39,001 bases of DNA from a virus (Duplodnaviria > Heunggongvirae > Uroviricota > Caudoviricetes). This document shows, one piece after another, positions 8,058-16,779 of the stretch; the first letter of the stretch is position 1, and every line of letters begins with the position of its first letter. The DNA lies in IMG/VR virus record IMGVR_UViG_2700989365_000006. One strand, written 5' to 3'. Under the pieces are notes generated by a model that saw only the letters and a list, made by a program, of their open reading frames with translations, ran no database searches and was not told the origin of the DNA. The position numbers and the translations under genes were made by a program.

Positions 8058-8081
8058 AGCTCGCTACGGCGAGCTTTTTAT
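8058..8081 (+). terminator. rho-independent terminator after the lipoprotein moron
   Basis: AGCTCGC-TACG-GCGAGCT perfect 7-bp stem followed by TTTTTAT. Confidence 0.5.
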
Positions 8082-8183
8082 ATTGCATCGTCTCCAGCAT
8101 ATATATCAATTAAGGCTCTGATTGATGTGTCTGAAAGCCTACACATAATAACTATGCCATCCGTTCCGTGCGGAGGTGAGGCT

Positions 8184-8399
8184 ATGAAATCCATGGACAA
8201 AATTTCAACAGGCATTGCCTACGGCACCTCCGCAGGCAGTGCTGGCTACTGGTTTTTACAGTTGCTCGATAGAGTAACTCCGTCACAGTGGGCTGCAATC
8301 GGTGTGCTGGGTAGTCTGGTATTTGGCCTGCTGACGTACCTGACAAACCTTTATTTCAAGATTAAAGAAGATAAGCGCAAGGCTGCGAGAGGTGAATAA
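8184..8399 (+). CDS. S: phage-21-type pinholin S (dual-start: antiholin from MKSM, holin from the downstream Met)
   Basis: [71 protein letters not shown] is near-identical to S21 as recalled. Dual-start motif at ATG 8184 and ATG 8193; RBS GGAGGTGAGG upstream. Confidence 0.85.
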   Translation: MKSMDKISTGIAYGTSAGSAGYWFLQLLDRVTPSQWAAIGVLGSLVFGLLTYLTNLYFKIKEDKRKAARGE

Positions 8400-8896
8400 T
8401 GCCTCCATCATTACGAAAAGTCGTTGCTGCTGCTATTGGTGGCGGAGCAATTGCTATAGCATCAGTGTTAATCACTGGCCCAAGTGGTAACGATGGTCTG
8501 GAAGGTGTCAGCTACATACCATACAAAGATATTGTTGGTGTATGGACTGTATGTCACGGGCATACAGGAAAAGACATCATGCTCGGTAAAACGTATACCA
8601 AAGCAGAATGCAAAACACTCTTGAATAAAGACCTTGCCACTGTCGCCAGACAAATTAACCCGTACATCAAAGTCGATATACCGGAAACAACGCGCTGCGC
8701 TCTTTACTCGTTCGTTTACAACGTGGGCGCTGGCAATTTCAGAACATCGACGCTTCTTCGCAAAATAAACCAGGGCGATATCAAAGGCGCATGTGACCAG
8801 CTACGTCGCTGGACATATGCTGGCGGTAAGCAATGGAAAGGTCTCATGACTCGTCGTGAGATTGAGCGTGAAATCTGTTTGTGGGGTCAGCAATGA
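8399..8896 (+). CDS. R: SAR (signal-anchor-release) endolysin, lysozyme family, phage-21 R-like
   Basis: N-terminal G/A-rich weakly hydrophobic SAR domain ([20 protein letters not shown]) followed by a lysozyme domain; matches R21 as recalled. Start overlaps the holin stop. Confidence 0.85.
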   Translation: MPPSLRKVVAAAIGGGAIAIASVLITGPSGNDGLEGVSYIPYKDIVGVWTVCHGHTGKDIMLGKTYTKAECKTLLNKDLATVARQINPYIKVDIPETTRCALYSFVYNVGAGNFRTSTLLRKINQGDIKGACDQLRRWTYAGGKQWKGLMTRREIEREICLWGQQ

Positions 8897-9357
8897 ACAG
8901 AGTAACCGCGATTATCTCCGCTCTGGTTATCTGCATCATCGTCTGCCTGTCATGGGCTGTTAATCATTACCGTGATAACGCCATTACCTACAAAGCCCAG
9001 CGCGACAAAAATGCCAGAGAACTGAAGCTGGCGAACGCGGCAATTACTGACATGCAGATGCGTCAGCGTGATGTTGCTGCGCTCGATGCAAAATACACGA
9101 AGGAGTTAGCTGATGCGAAAGCTGAAAATGATGCTCTGCGTGATGATGTTGCCGCTGGTCGTCGTCGGTTGCACATCAAAGCAGTCTGTCAGTCAGTGCG
9201 TGAAGCCACCACCGCCTCCGGCGTGGATAATGCAACCAGCCCCCGACTGGCAGACACCGCTGAACGGGATTATTTCACCCTCCGGGAACGACTGGTAATG
9301 ATGCAGGCCCAACTTGAAGGTGCTCAGCAATACATAACCGAGCAGTGTTTAAAGTAA
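8893..9357 (+). CDS. Rz: Rz i-spanin
   Basis: ATG 8893 overlaps the endolysin stop. N-terminal TM helix and a coiled-coil periplasmic domain; contains Rz1 in the +1 frame. Confidence 0.8.
   Translation: MNRVTAIISALVICIIVCLSWAVNHYRDNAITYKAQRDKNARELKLANAAITDMQMRQRDVAALDAKYTKELADAKAENDALRDDVAAGRRRLHIKAVCQSVREATTASGVDNATSPRLADTAERDYFTLRERLVMMQAQLEGAQQYITEQCLK
9113..9298 (+). CDS. Rz1: Rz1 o-spanin (outer-membrane lipoprotein, embedded in Rz)
   Basis: [23 protein letters not shown]… with lipobox VVGC and a proline-rich mature part (PPPPPAW), entirely inside Rz in another frame. Confidence 0.8.
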   Translation: MRKLKMMLCVMMLPLVVVGCTSKQSVSQCVKPPPPPAWIMQPAPDWQTPLNGIISPSGNDW

Positions 9358-9494
9358 AATCTTAACTACAATATGATTCATTTTGATGATTGTTTCATAA
9401 GGAACAGTGAAGTAAGATCTAAGAGGAGTTAAATTTTATACAGTATAATCATAATATTGCAGCAAGGTGGTTATAATTGAAAGAATATTTAGAT

Positions 9495-10952
9495 ATGAAT
9501 ACATCTCATGTAAGAGTTGTTACTCATATGTGTGGGTTCCTGGTTTGGCTCTATAGTCTTTCAATGTTGCCACCAATGGTTGTAGCATTGTTTTATAAAG
9601 AAAAAAGCCTGTTCGTTTTCTTTATAACTTTCGTTATATTTTTTTGCATTGGTGGCGGAGCGTGGTATACAACTAAGAAATCTGGCATTCAATTACGTAC
9701 CCGTGATGGGTTTATTATAATTGTAATGTTTTGGATTTTGTTTTCTGTTATTAGTGCATTCCCTTTATGGATTGACTCAGAACTTAATTTAACGTTCATT
9801 GATGCTCTGTTTGAAGGGGTTTCTGGAATAACAACAACAGGAGCAACTGTAATTGATGATGTTAGTTCATTACCTCGGGCATATTTGTACTATCGGTCAC
9901 AGTTAAATTTTATAGGTGGTTTAGGAGTTATTGTTCTGGCGGTTGCAGTATTGCCATTATTGGGTATTGGTGGTGCAAAGCTTTATCAGTCAGAAATGCC
10001 GGGGCCATTTAAGGATGACAAACTCACTCCCCGCCTGGCCGATACGTCACGGACACTGTGGATAACTTATTCTTTATTAGGTATTGCTTGTATTGTCTGT
10101 TATAGACTTGCAGGAATGCCTTTGTTTGATGCTATTTGTCACGGGATTTCCACAGTTTCGCTTGGTGGTTTCTCAACTCATAGCGAGAGTATCGGATATT
10201 TTAATAACTATTTGGTTGAGCTGGTGGCTGGTTCTTTTTCCCTGCTATCGGCTTTCAACTTCACTCTTTGGTATATTGTTATTAGCAGAAAAACGATAAA
10301 ACCTTTAATCAGAGATATTGAACTTCGTTTCTTTCTGTTAATAGCCTTAGGGGTGATCATTGTTACCTCTTTCCAGGTCTGGCATATAGGTATGTATGAC
10401 TTGCATGGAAGTTTTATTCATTCGTTTTTTCTTGCCAGCTCCATGCTCACTGATAATGGTTTAGCTACGCAGGATTATGCAAACTGGCCCACGCACACGA
10501 TAGTGTTTTTGCTGTTGTCAAGTTTCTTTGGGGGATGTATAGGTTCAACCTGTGGTGGAATTAAGTCACTTCGATTTCTTATACTTTTCAAACAAAGCAA
10601 ACACGAGATAAATCAGCTTTCTCATCCCAGAGCGTTGTTGAGTGTAAATGTAGGAGGGAAGATAGTTACAGATCGTGTAATGAGGTCTGTATGGAGTTTC
10701 TTTTTTCTTTATACTCTCTTCACGGTGTTTTTTATACTGGTGTTAAATGGTATGGGATATGATTTTCTTACATCATTTGCAACAGTGGCTGCATGTATTA
10801 ATAATATGGGATTAGGTTTTGGGGCTACTGCATCGTCATTCGGAGTGCTTAATGACATTGCAAAATATTTAATGTGCATAGCTATGATTCTTGGTCGCCT
10901 TGAAATTTATCCTGTTATTATATTGTTTTCAGGTTTTTTTTGGCGCTCCTAA
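9495..10952 (+). CDS. trkG: TrkG/TrkH-family potassium uptake membrane protein (prophage moron)
   Basis: Polytopic membrane protein with repeated Gly-rich pore-loop motifs (GVSGITTTGATV, GIGGAKL, VSLGGFS, GGIKS). N-terminus MNTSHVRVVTHMCGFLVW matches Rac-prophage TrkG as recalled. AT-rich. An alternative TTG start at 9477 has the better SD (AAGGTGG). Confidence 0.75.
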   Translation: MNTSHVRVVTHMCGFLVWLYSLSMLPPMVVALFYKEKSLFVFFITFVIFFCIGGGAWYTTKKSGIQLRTRDGFIIIVMFWILFSVISAFPLWIDSELNLTFIDALFEGVSGITTTGATVIDDVSSLPRAYLYYRSQLNFIGGLGVIVLAVAVLPLLGIGGAKLYQSEMPGPFKDDKLTPRLADTSRTLWITYSLLGIACIVCYRLAGMPLFDAICHGISTVSLGGFSTHSESIGYFNNYLVELVAGSFSLLSAFNFTLWYIVISRKTIKPLIRDIELRFFLLIALGVIIVTSFQVWHIGMYDLHGSFIHSFFLASSMLTDNGLATQDYANWPTHTIVFLLLSSFFGGCIGSTCGGIKSLRFLILFKQSKHEINQLSHPRALLSVNVGGKIVTDRVMRSVWSFFFLYTLFTVFFILVLNGMGYDFLTSFATVAACINNMGLGFGATASSFGVLNDIAKYLMCIAMILGRLEIYPVIILFSGFFWRS

Positions 10953-11089
10953 TATATGGCTGATTTATAATTGTGAGTTTAATATTATGTTGACTCACTC
11001 ATTGATCCAATACCTAACTTTACCAGCAACACCTCCGCCCCCAGTAGCACTGGCTGCTGGGGTGCGTTTTATTCATAAAGCAAGGCTGT

Positions 11090-11878
11090 ATGAGCGAGAA
11101 ATTAAAGATAGTCTATCGCCCATTACAAGAATTGTCACCGTATGCGCACAACGCCAGGACGCACAGTACTGAGCAGGTGGCACAACTGGTAGAAAGTATT
11201 AAGCAATTCGGCTGGACTAATCCGGTGCTGATTGACGAAAAGGGCGAAATTATTGCGGGTCACGGTCGTGTTATGGCGGCTGAAATGCTCAAAATGGATT
11301 CTGTTCCGGTCATTGTTCTGTCTGGCCTGACGGATGAGCAGAAAAAGGCGTACCGCCTGGCAGATAATCGCCTGCCGATGAATGCTGGCTGGGATGAAGA
11401 TCTGTTGCGGATGGAGCTGTCGGACCTAATCAATGCTGATTTTGATGTCTCCCTGACAGGCTTCATCCCGGCAGAAATTGATGAACTGTTGACGGATGTT
11501 TTGCCCGGTACAGGAAATGAGGAGGAGCCGTATACGACGAAAATTGATACGCCTGTTTATGAGCCGTCAGGCGGTAAACCGGATATCAGTGAACTGTACG
11601 ACGATACGAAAACTCAGGAGCTGATCAGCCGGATACGTTCGGCGTCCCTTGATCCTGATATTGAGAAATTCCTCCTGTGTGCAGCAGAACGTCACACGGT
11701 GTTTAATTTCAGCAGAATTGCGGACTATTACGCTCATGCCCCCGCTGAAATTCAGTGCCTTTTCGAGGAGTCGGCGCTGGTGATCATTGATTATCAGCAG
11801 GCTATTGAAAATGGATTTGTCCGAATGACGCAGCGCATGGTGGAGATCATGCATGGCGGGGAGGAGGAATATGCGTGA
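11090..11878 (+). CDS. ParB-like nuclease domain protein
   Basis: N-terminal ParB/Srx-like domain (…LSPYAHNARTHS…GEIIAGHGRVMAA…YRLADNRL) in the typical position upstream of the terminase genes. Confidence 0.7.
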   Translation: MSEKLKIVYRPLQELSPYAHNARTHSTEQVAQLVESIKQFGWTNPVLIDEKGEIIAGHGRVMAAEMLKMDSVPVIVLSGLTDEQKKAYRLADNRLPMNAGWDEDLLRMELSDLINADFDVSLTGFIPAEIDELLTDVLPGTGNEEEPYTTKIDTPVYEPSGGKPDISELYDDTKTQELISRIRSASLDPDIEKFLLCAAERHTVFNFSRIADYYAHAPAEIQCLFEESALVIIDYQQAIENGFVRMTQRMVEIMHGGEEEYA

Positions 11879-12803
11879 TGATTTTTGCGCCTTTATTCTG
11901 ACTCACGGGCGACCGGACAAAGTTCTGACTTACCGGACGTTGCGTCGTGCTGGCTATACCGGGAAAATTTTTATCGTTGTTGATGATGAAGATAAGACAC
12001 GGCATCAGTACATGGCTGAATTTGGTGAACAGGTGCTGGTATTTTCCAAAGCCGATATTGCTAGTCGTTTTGACGAAGCCGATAATTTTAGTGACCGCCG
12101 CTCAATTTTTTACGCCCGTAATGCCTGTTTCGACCAGGCAAAACTGGTCGGGTGTAAATACTTCATTCAGCTCGATGATGATTATCACGAGTTCCAGTTT
12201 CGGGTGGATCGCAACTATGACCAGGCCTATTTCCCGATAAGGAAACTGGATGAGATCCTTTCTGAAATGCTTGCGTACTACGAATCAATACCTGCTCTTT
12301 CCATCGCTATGTCGCAGGGCGGGGATTTTCTTGGTGACAATGGCGGCCATGCTTCGTGGGTGAAACGCAAGGCAATGAACAGCTTTATCTGTTCGGTTGA
12401 TCGACCGTTCTCATTCATGGGGCGCATTAACGAGGATGTGAATACGTACACGAATCTCGGTCGCTGTGGTGAATTGTTTATGACGATCGGTGCTGTCCAG
12501 TTAGGGCAGAAACAGACGCAGAAAAACAGCGGCGGAATGACCGAGCTGTATCTGGATTCCGGAACCTACGTTAAAAGTTTTTACTCCGTCATGTATGCGC
12601 CGTCGTGCGTAAAAATCTCACTTATGGGTGCCAGTCATAAACGCATTCACCATCAGGTCACCTGGAACAACGCTGCAGTAAAAATCCTTCACGAAAAATA
12701 CAGGAAGAAGACACCCTGCATATCAATGGGGGTGACAAATGATTCCGTATTCGAAAGTCGAGTCTCTGGCAGCGTGCCGGATGACTGCACAACAAATCGC
12801 TGA
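11871..12803 (+). CDS. GT-A fold family-2-like glycosyltransferase (soluble; substrate unknown)
   Basis: ATG 11871 preceded by GGGAGGAGG and overlapping the ParB-like stop. GT2-type motifs FILTHGRP, IVVDDEDK and QLDDDY (DxD). No predicted TM helices. Confidence 0.55.
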   Translation: MRDDFCAFILTHGRPDKVLTYRTLRRAGYTGKIFIVVDDEDKTRHQYMAEFGEQVLVFSKADIASRFDEADNFSDRRSIFYARNACFDQAKLVGCKYFIQLDDDYHEFQFRVDRNYDQAYFPIRKLDEILSEMLAYYESIPALSIAMSQGGDFLGDNGGHASWVKRKAMNSFICSVDRPFSFMGRINEDVNTYTNLGRCGELFMTIGAVQLGQKQTQKNSGGMTELYLDSGTYVKSFYSVMYAPSCVKISLMGASHKRIHHQVTWNNAAVKILHEKYRKKTPCISMGVTNDSVFESRVSGSVPDDCTTNR

Positions 12804-12990
12804 CGTTCTGGATGTTGATCTGAACCGACTGAAAGAAAATCGGGAAGCAATGACAGATTTTTATGCGGCCATCCGTAAGGGCAGAGCGAAAGGTGAAGCC
12901 GAGTTACGAGCGGCATTGTTTAAGCTTGCCAGAAAAGGGGATGCCTTTGCTCTGCGCGAACTACTCAGGGTGGATAAAAATCAGGACTAA
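12739..12990 (+). CDS. small hypothetical protein, possibly HTH DNA-binding, upstream of terminase
   Basis: 83-aa ORF with RBS GGGGGTG before ATG 12739; overlaps the 3-prime end of the GT2-like gene by 65 nt in another frame. No family recognised. Confidence 0.3.
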   Translation: MIPYSKVESLAACRMTAQQIADVLDVDLNRLKENREAMTDFYAAIRKGRAKGEAELRAALFKLARKGDAFALRELLRVDKNQD

Positions 12991-12993
12991 CTG

Positions 12994-14088
12994 ATGAGCA
13001 GACCGGACTGGGGGGCGTTGCAGCAGGAGTATATTGCTGAATACACCCGCTCCGGTATATCTCCGGTGGCATGGTGTGAAGCAAGGGGACTGAATTACGC
13101 AACAGCCCGTCGTTACATCAAAAAAACTCCGAAAAATGCGCAGACAGAAATGTGCAAAACTGCGCAAAAAAGTGCGCAGAAAAAATCTGCGCAGACTGCA
13201 CAAAAGCGGAACGAAAAATCTCAGGAAAAAAAGCCAGTATTCGATGCGGGCCTGAATGAGGGCGACGCGGAGGAATTTTCGTTCTGTCCCGATGAATTCG
13301 GCATTTCTGACCAGCAGGCTAAGTTTGCGATGCTTGTTGCTCAGGGTAAAAAGCCGACAGAGGCGTACCGACTAGCCGGTTATGAGGGGCAAGGTGCGAC
13401 AGCTAACAGCAACGCCAGTCGTATGCTTAGAAATGCCAGGGTTTTTCGCGCTATCAGCTACTTCCGCAATCAGTACCAGAAACGCTATACCGCAGACCTG
13501 GATTTACTAGTGAGTCAGTTGATGGCTATTGTCCTGGCCGACCCCAATCAGCTTGCACAATTTCGCCGTGTTAACTGCCGTTATTGCTGGGGCGAGAATC
13601 ATCTCTACCAGTGGCGCGATATAGCAGAATTCGACAAGGCAGCGGCGCAGGCTTCCAGAGATGGCAAACCCGAACCGGAATATGGAGGCCTCGGCTTTGT
13701 TGATAACGCCATACCCAATCCGGACTGCCCGAAGTGCTGCGGTGAGGGAACGGGACAGCTTTATATGGCTGATACCACTCTGCTTGATGGGGATGCGCGG
13801 CAATTATATGCAGGGGCAAAATTCGGAAAATTCGGCGTTGAGATCCTGCTGGAGGATAAGGCTGCCGCCCGGCGTGAATTGTTGCGTTTGTTTTCTGCTG
13901 GCGGGGCTTTATGTGCAGATAAGCGGCTACGGGAACTGGAAATTGAACGGCGCAGAATGGAAAACCAGAAGCTGCGCAAAGAGATCGAAACGGTGGAAGA
14001 TAATGAACATCCCCAGCCTGTGGCGATCAATATTAATGTGGTTGATGCCAGAGTAAGGAGTGATGAAGATGATCTCTCCGACGCTTAA
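12994..14088 (+). CDS. terminase small subunit
   Basis: 364 aa immediately upstream of the large terminase. Central region (AKFAMLVAQGKKPTEAYRLAGY…ANSNASRMLRNARV) resembles the Terminase_2 small-subunit family; has an HTH-like N-terminus and a Cys cluster. Confidence 0.7.
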   Translation: MSRPDWGALQQEYIAEYTRSGISPVAWCEARGLNYATARRYIKKTPKNAQTEMCKTAQKSAQKKSAQTAQKRNEKSQEKKPVFDAGLNEGDAEEFSFCPDEFGISDQQAKFAMLVAQGKKPTEAYRLAGYEGQGATANSNASRMLRNARVFRAISYFRNQYQKRYTADLDLLVSQLMAIVLADPNQLAQFRRVNCRYCWGENHLYQWRDIAEFDKAAAQASRDGKPEPEYGGLGFVDNAIPNPDCPKCCGEGTGQLYMADTTLLDGDARQLYAGAKFGKFGVEILLEDKAAARRELLRLFSAGGALCADKRLRELEIERRRMENQKLRKEIETVEDNEHPQPVAININVVDARVRSDEDDLSDA

Positions 14089-15370
14089 TGTGCCTCAGGC
14101 GCGATTTCTTTCAATGCCCCATAAATTTAAAGCCTATATTGCTGGTTTTGGCTCGGGCAAAACATGGGTTGGGTGTGGCGGCATATGCAAGGGGATTTGG
14201 GAGCATCCAGGTATAAATCAGGGATATTTTGCGCCAACGTATCCCCAAATTCGCGATATTTTTTACCCTACAGTGGAAGAAGTTGCTGCTGACTGGGGAT
14301 TGAACGTAAAAATTAATGAGGGAAATAAAGAGGTTCACTTTTATTACGGACGCCAGTATCGGGGAACCACTATCTGCAGATCGATGGAGAAGCCACAAAC
14401 GATCGTCGGTTTCAAAATTGGTAATGCGTTGGTGGATGAACTGGACATTTTGCCGAAGGAAAAAGCCAGAACGGCGTGGCGCAAGATAATTGCACGTATG
14501 CGTTATAAGATTGATGGACTTCGCAACGGTATTGACGTTACAACCACGCCGGAAGGATTCAAATTTGTCTACGAGCAGTTTGTTAAAGCCGTGCGTGAAA
14601 AAACAGAGCTGGCCTCACTGTATGGTCTGGTGCAGGCATCTACTTTCGATAATGAAAAGAACCTGCCAGCAGATTACATTCCTTCGCTTCTTGAATCATA
14701 CCCTCCAGAGCTGATTAAAGCCTATCTTCGAGGACAGTTTACTAACCTGACAAGTGGTACTGTTTACCATCAGTTTGACCGGAAACTGAATAATTGCGAA
14801 GAAGTGGAGCAGCCAGGGGAGCCGATTTATATTGGGATGGATTTTAACGTTGGAAAGATGGCGGGAATCGTCCATGTGCTGCGTTTGGGGCTTCCATGTG
14901 CGGTAACTGAAATCATCAATGCCTACGATACGCCGGATATGATCCGCATCATTAAAGAACGCTTCTGGCTGTATGATGGGAATGATTACCGGAAAGTGAG
15001 GGAAATTTATATTTATCCAGATGCTTCCGGGGATTCCAGAAAATCAAGTAACGCAAGTACGACGGATATAGCCCAGCTTAAGCAGGCTGGTTTTAACGTT
15101 GTGGTGAACAGCTCGAACCCGCCAGTAAAAGATCGCGTTAACTCAATGAATGCAATGTTCTGCAATGCCAATGGTGAGCGTCGCTATAAAGTTAATGTGA
15201 AGCGTTGCCCGTTATATGCCGAATCTCTGGAGCAACAGGTCTGGGATGAGAAGGGGGAGCCTGATAAAAAATCTGGCAATGATCACCCGAATGATGCCGG
15301 AGGTTATTTCATCGTTAAGCAATTCCCTATTGTCAAACCGACCGGAAGAGTCACATCACTTCGGATTTAA
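14060..15370 (+). CDS. terminase large subunit
   Basis: 436 aa with a Walker A-like P-loop near the N-terminus (AGFGSGKT) and a C-terminal nuclease-like region; sits directly before the portal gene. Confidence 0.8.
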   Translation: MMKMISPTLNVPQARFLSMPHKFKAYIAGFGSGKTWVGCGGICKGIWEHPGINQGYFAPTYPQIRDIFYPTVEEVAADWGLNVKINEGNKEVHFYYGRQYRGTTICRSMEKPQTIVGFKIGNALVDELDILPKEKARTAWRKIIARMRYKIDGLRNGIDVTTTPEGFKFVYEQFVKAVREKTELASLYGLVQASTFDNEKNLPADYIPSLLESYPPELIKAYLRGQFTNLTSGTVYHQFDRKLNNCEEVEQPGEPIYIGMDFNVGKMAGIVHVLRLGLPCAVTEIINAYDTPDMIRIIKERFWLYDGNDYRKVREIYIYPDASGDSRKSSNASTTDIAQLKQAGFNVVVNSSNPPVKDRVNSMNAMFCNANGERRYKVNVKRCPLYAESLEQQVWDEKGEPDKKSGNDHPNDAGGYFIVKQFPIVKPTGRVTSLRI

Positions 15371-15372
15371 TT

Positions 15373-16779
15373 ATGGCTGATATATCAACACCCAACCTCG
15401 ACTATAACGATATGCTGGAGGCGTGGGATATTAACGACGCACTGATGGGCGGTACGCTTGAAATGCGCAGGCAGGGGGAAAATTATCTCCCAAAATGGCC
15501 TAACGAAGATGAAGACGCTTATAAAAAACGCCTGTCTGTGGCTACGCTACTTCCTGTGTATGAAGAAAGCATCAAGCAAAATATTGGGCGCATATTTGCA
15601 GAGCCGACAGTATTGAGTGAGGAAACGCCGGCAAAAATCAGGGAATATGCAGAAAATATCGACATGGAGGGGAGCCGACTGGATGTGTGGGCGCAGCAAT
15701 TTTTCAGCCTCGCATTTCAGTATGGTGTGGCACATGCGCTGGTGGACTATCCACGAACGGATATGAAAGAGATTCGGACAAAAGCCGATGAAAACGCGAC
15801 CGGTGGTCGTCCGTACGTTACGATGCTGAATCCACGCCAGGTTATTGGATGGAAATCGAAAGTTGAAAAAGGGAAAGTTGTTCTCACTGATTTGCGTATA
15901 AAAGAGGTCATCATTATTGATGGTGATGATTTCGGGCAGAAGAAGGTGGAGCAGATCCGCCATATTATGCCCCGTCGAGTTGAAATTTATCGACGTAGCG
16001 AAGGCACTAATGGCGAATCTGTCTGGACGCTTCATGAGTCATGGAATACCAGCCGTGATGATATTCCTCTGGTAACACTGTACACGAAGAAAACAGGATT
16101 TATGCGTGGTACACCGCCATTGCTTAATCTTGGCTTGCTGAATATCAAGCACTGGCAAAGCCAGAGCGAGCAGGACAATATTCTTCATGTTGCCCGCGTT
16201 CCATTGCTGGTGGCCTACGGGCTGGACAGGAATGAAGAACTGACGGTTGGTGCATCCACCGCTACGATTTTTGAGGACAGAACAAAAAATGGCCTCGAAT
16301 ATGTTGAACATAGTGGCGCAGCGATAGAATCTGGCGAAACATCACTTGAGAAGCTGGAAAATCAGATGCGTCATGCCGGCGCTAAACTTCTGCGTGCTGA
16401 AAATACATCCACCAAATCTGTTGATCAGACTAATGAAGAGCGAATGCAGGAAAACTCGCCGCTTTATACAATGGCGAACTCCCTCGAAGATGCCCTCGAT
16501 AATATTCTCCAGATAATGGCGGAATGGATCGGAGAGAGTTGCGGTGGCAATGTGGATGTGCGCACTGAACTGGATGTATCTGCCCAGGTGTTTGACTCAT
16601 CCTCCGCGCTGGCTGTTCAGTCATTGCGTCAGGGCGGTGATATACGTCAGATTGATGCGGTTCGGGTGTTGCAGGCGTTGAAATTTATCGATCAGGATTC
16701 CCGTCCAGAGGAAGTGATCGATGAATTAAAAAATCAGAGTGTAATGCTGATGGAAATCAATGATGCAAACCGTGAATGA
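15373..16779 (+). CDS. portal protein
   Basis: 468-aa acidic protein between the large terminase and the head morphogenesis gene; size and position fit a portal. Confidence 0.65.
   Translation: MADISTPNLDYNDMLEAWDINDALMGGTLEMRRQGENYLPKWPNEDEDAYKKRLSVATLLPVYEESIKQNIGRIFAEPTVLSEETPAKIREYAENIDMEGSRLDVWAQQFFSLAFQYGVAHALVDYPRTDMKEIRTKADENATGGRPYVTMLNPRQVIGWKSKVEKGKVVLTDLRIKEVIIIDGDDFGQKKVEQIRHIMPRRVEIYRRSEGTNGESVWTLHESWNTSRDDIPLVTLYTKKTGFMRGTPPLLNLGLLNIKHWQSQSEQDNILHVARVPLLVAYGLDRNEELTVGASTATIFEDRTKNGLEYVEHSGAAIESGETSLEKLENQMRHAGAKLLRAENTSTKSVDQTNEERMQENSPLYTMANSLEDALDNILQIMAEWIGESCGGNVDVRTELDVSAQVFDSSSALAVQSLRQGGDIRQIDAVRVLQALKFIDQDSRPEEVIDELKNQSVMLMEINDANRE

Noticed and set aside
8127-8183. Track's upstream extension of the holin ORF ([19 protein letters not shown]…)
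   Set aside because: The conserved S21 dual-start motif MKSM begins at 8184 with its own SD; the extension is not part of the known holin.
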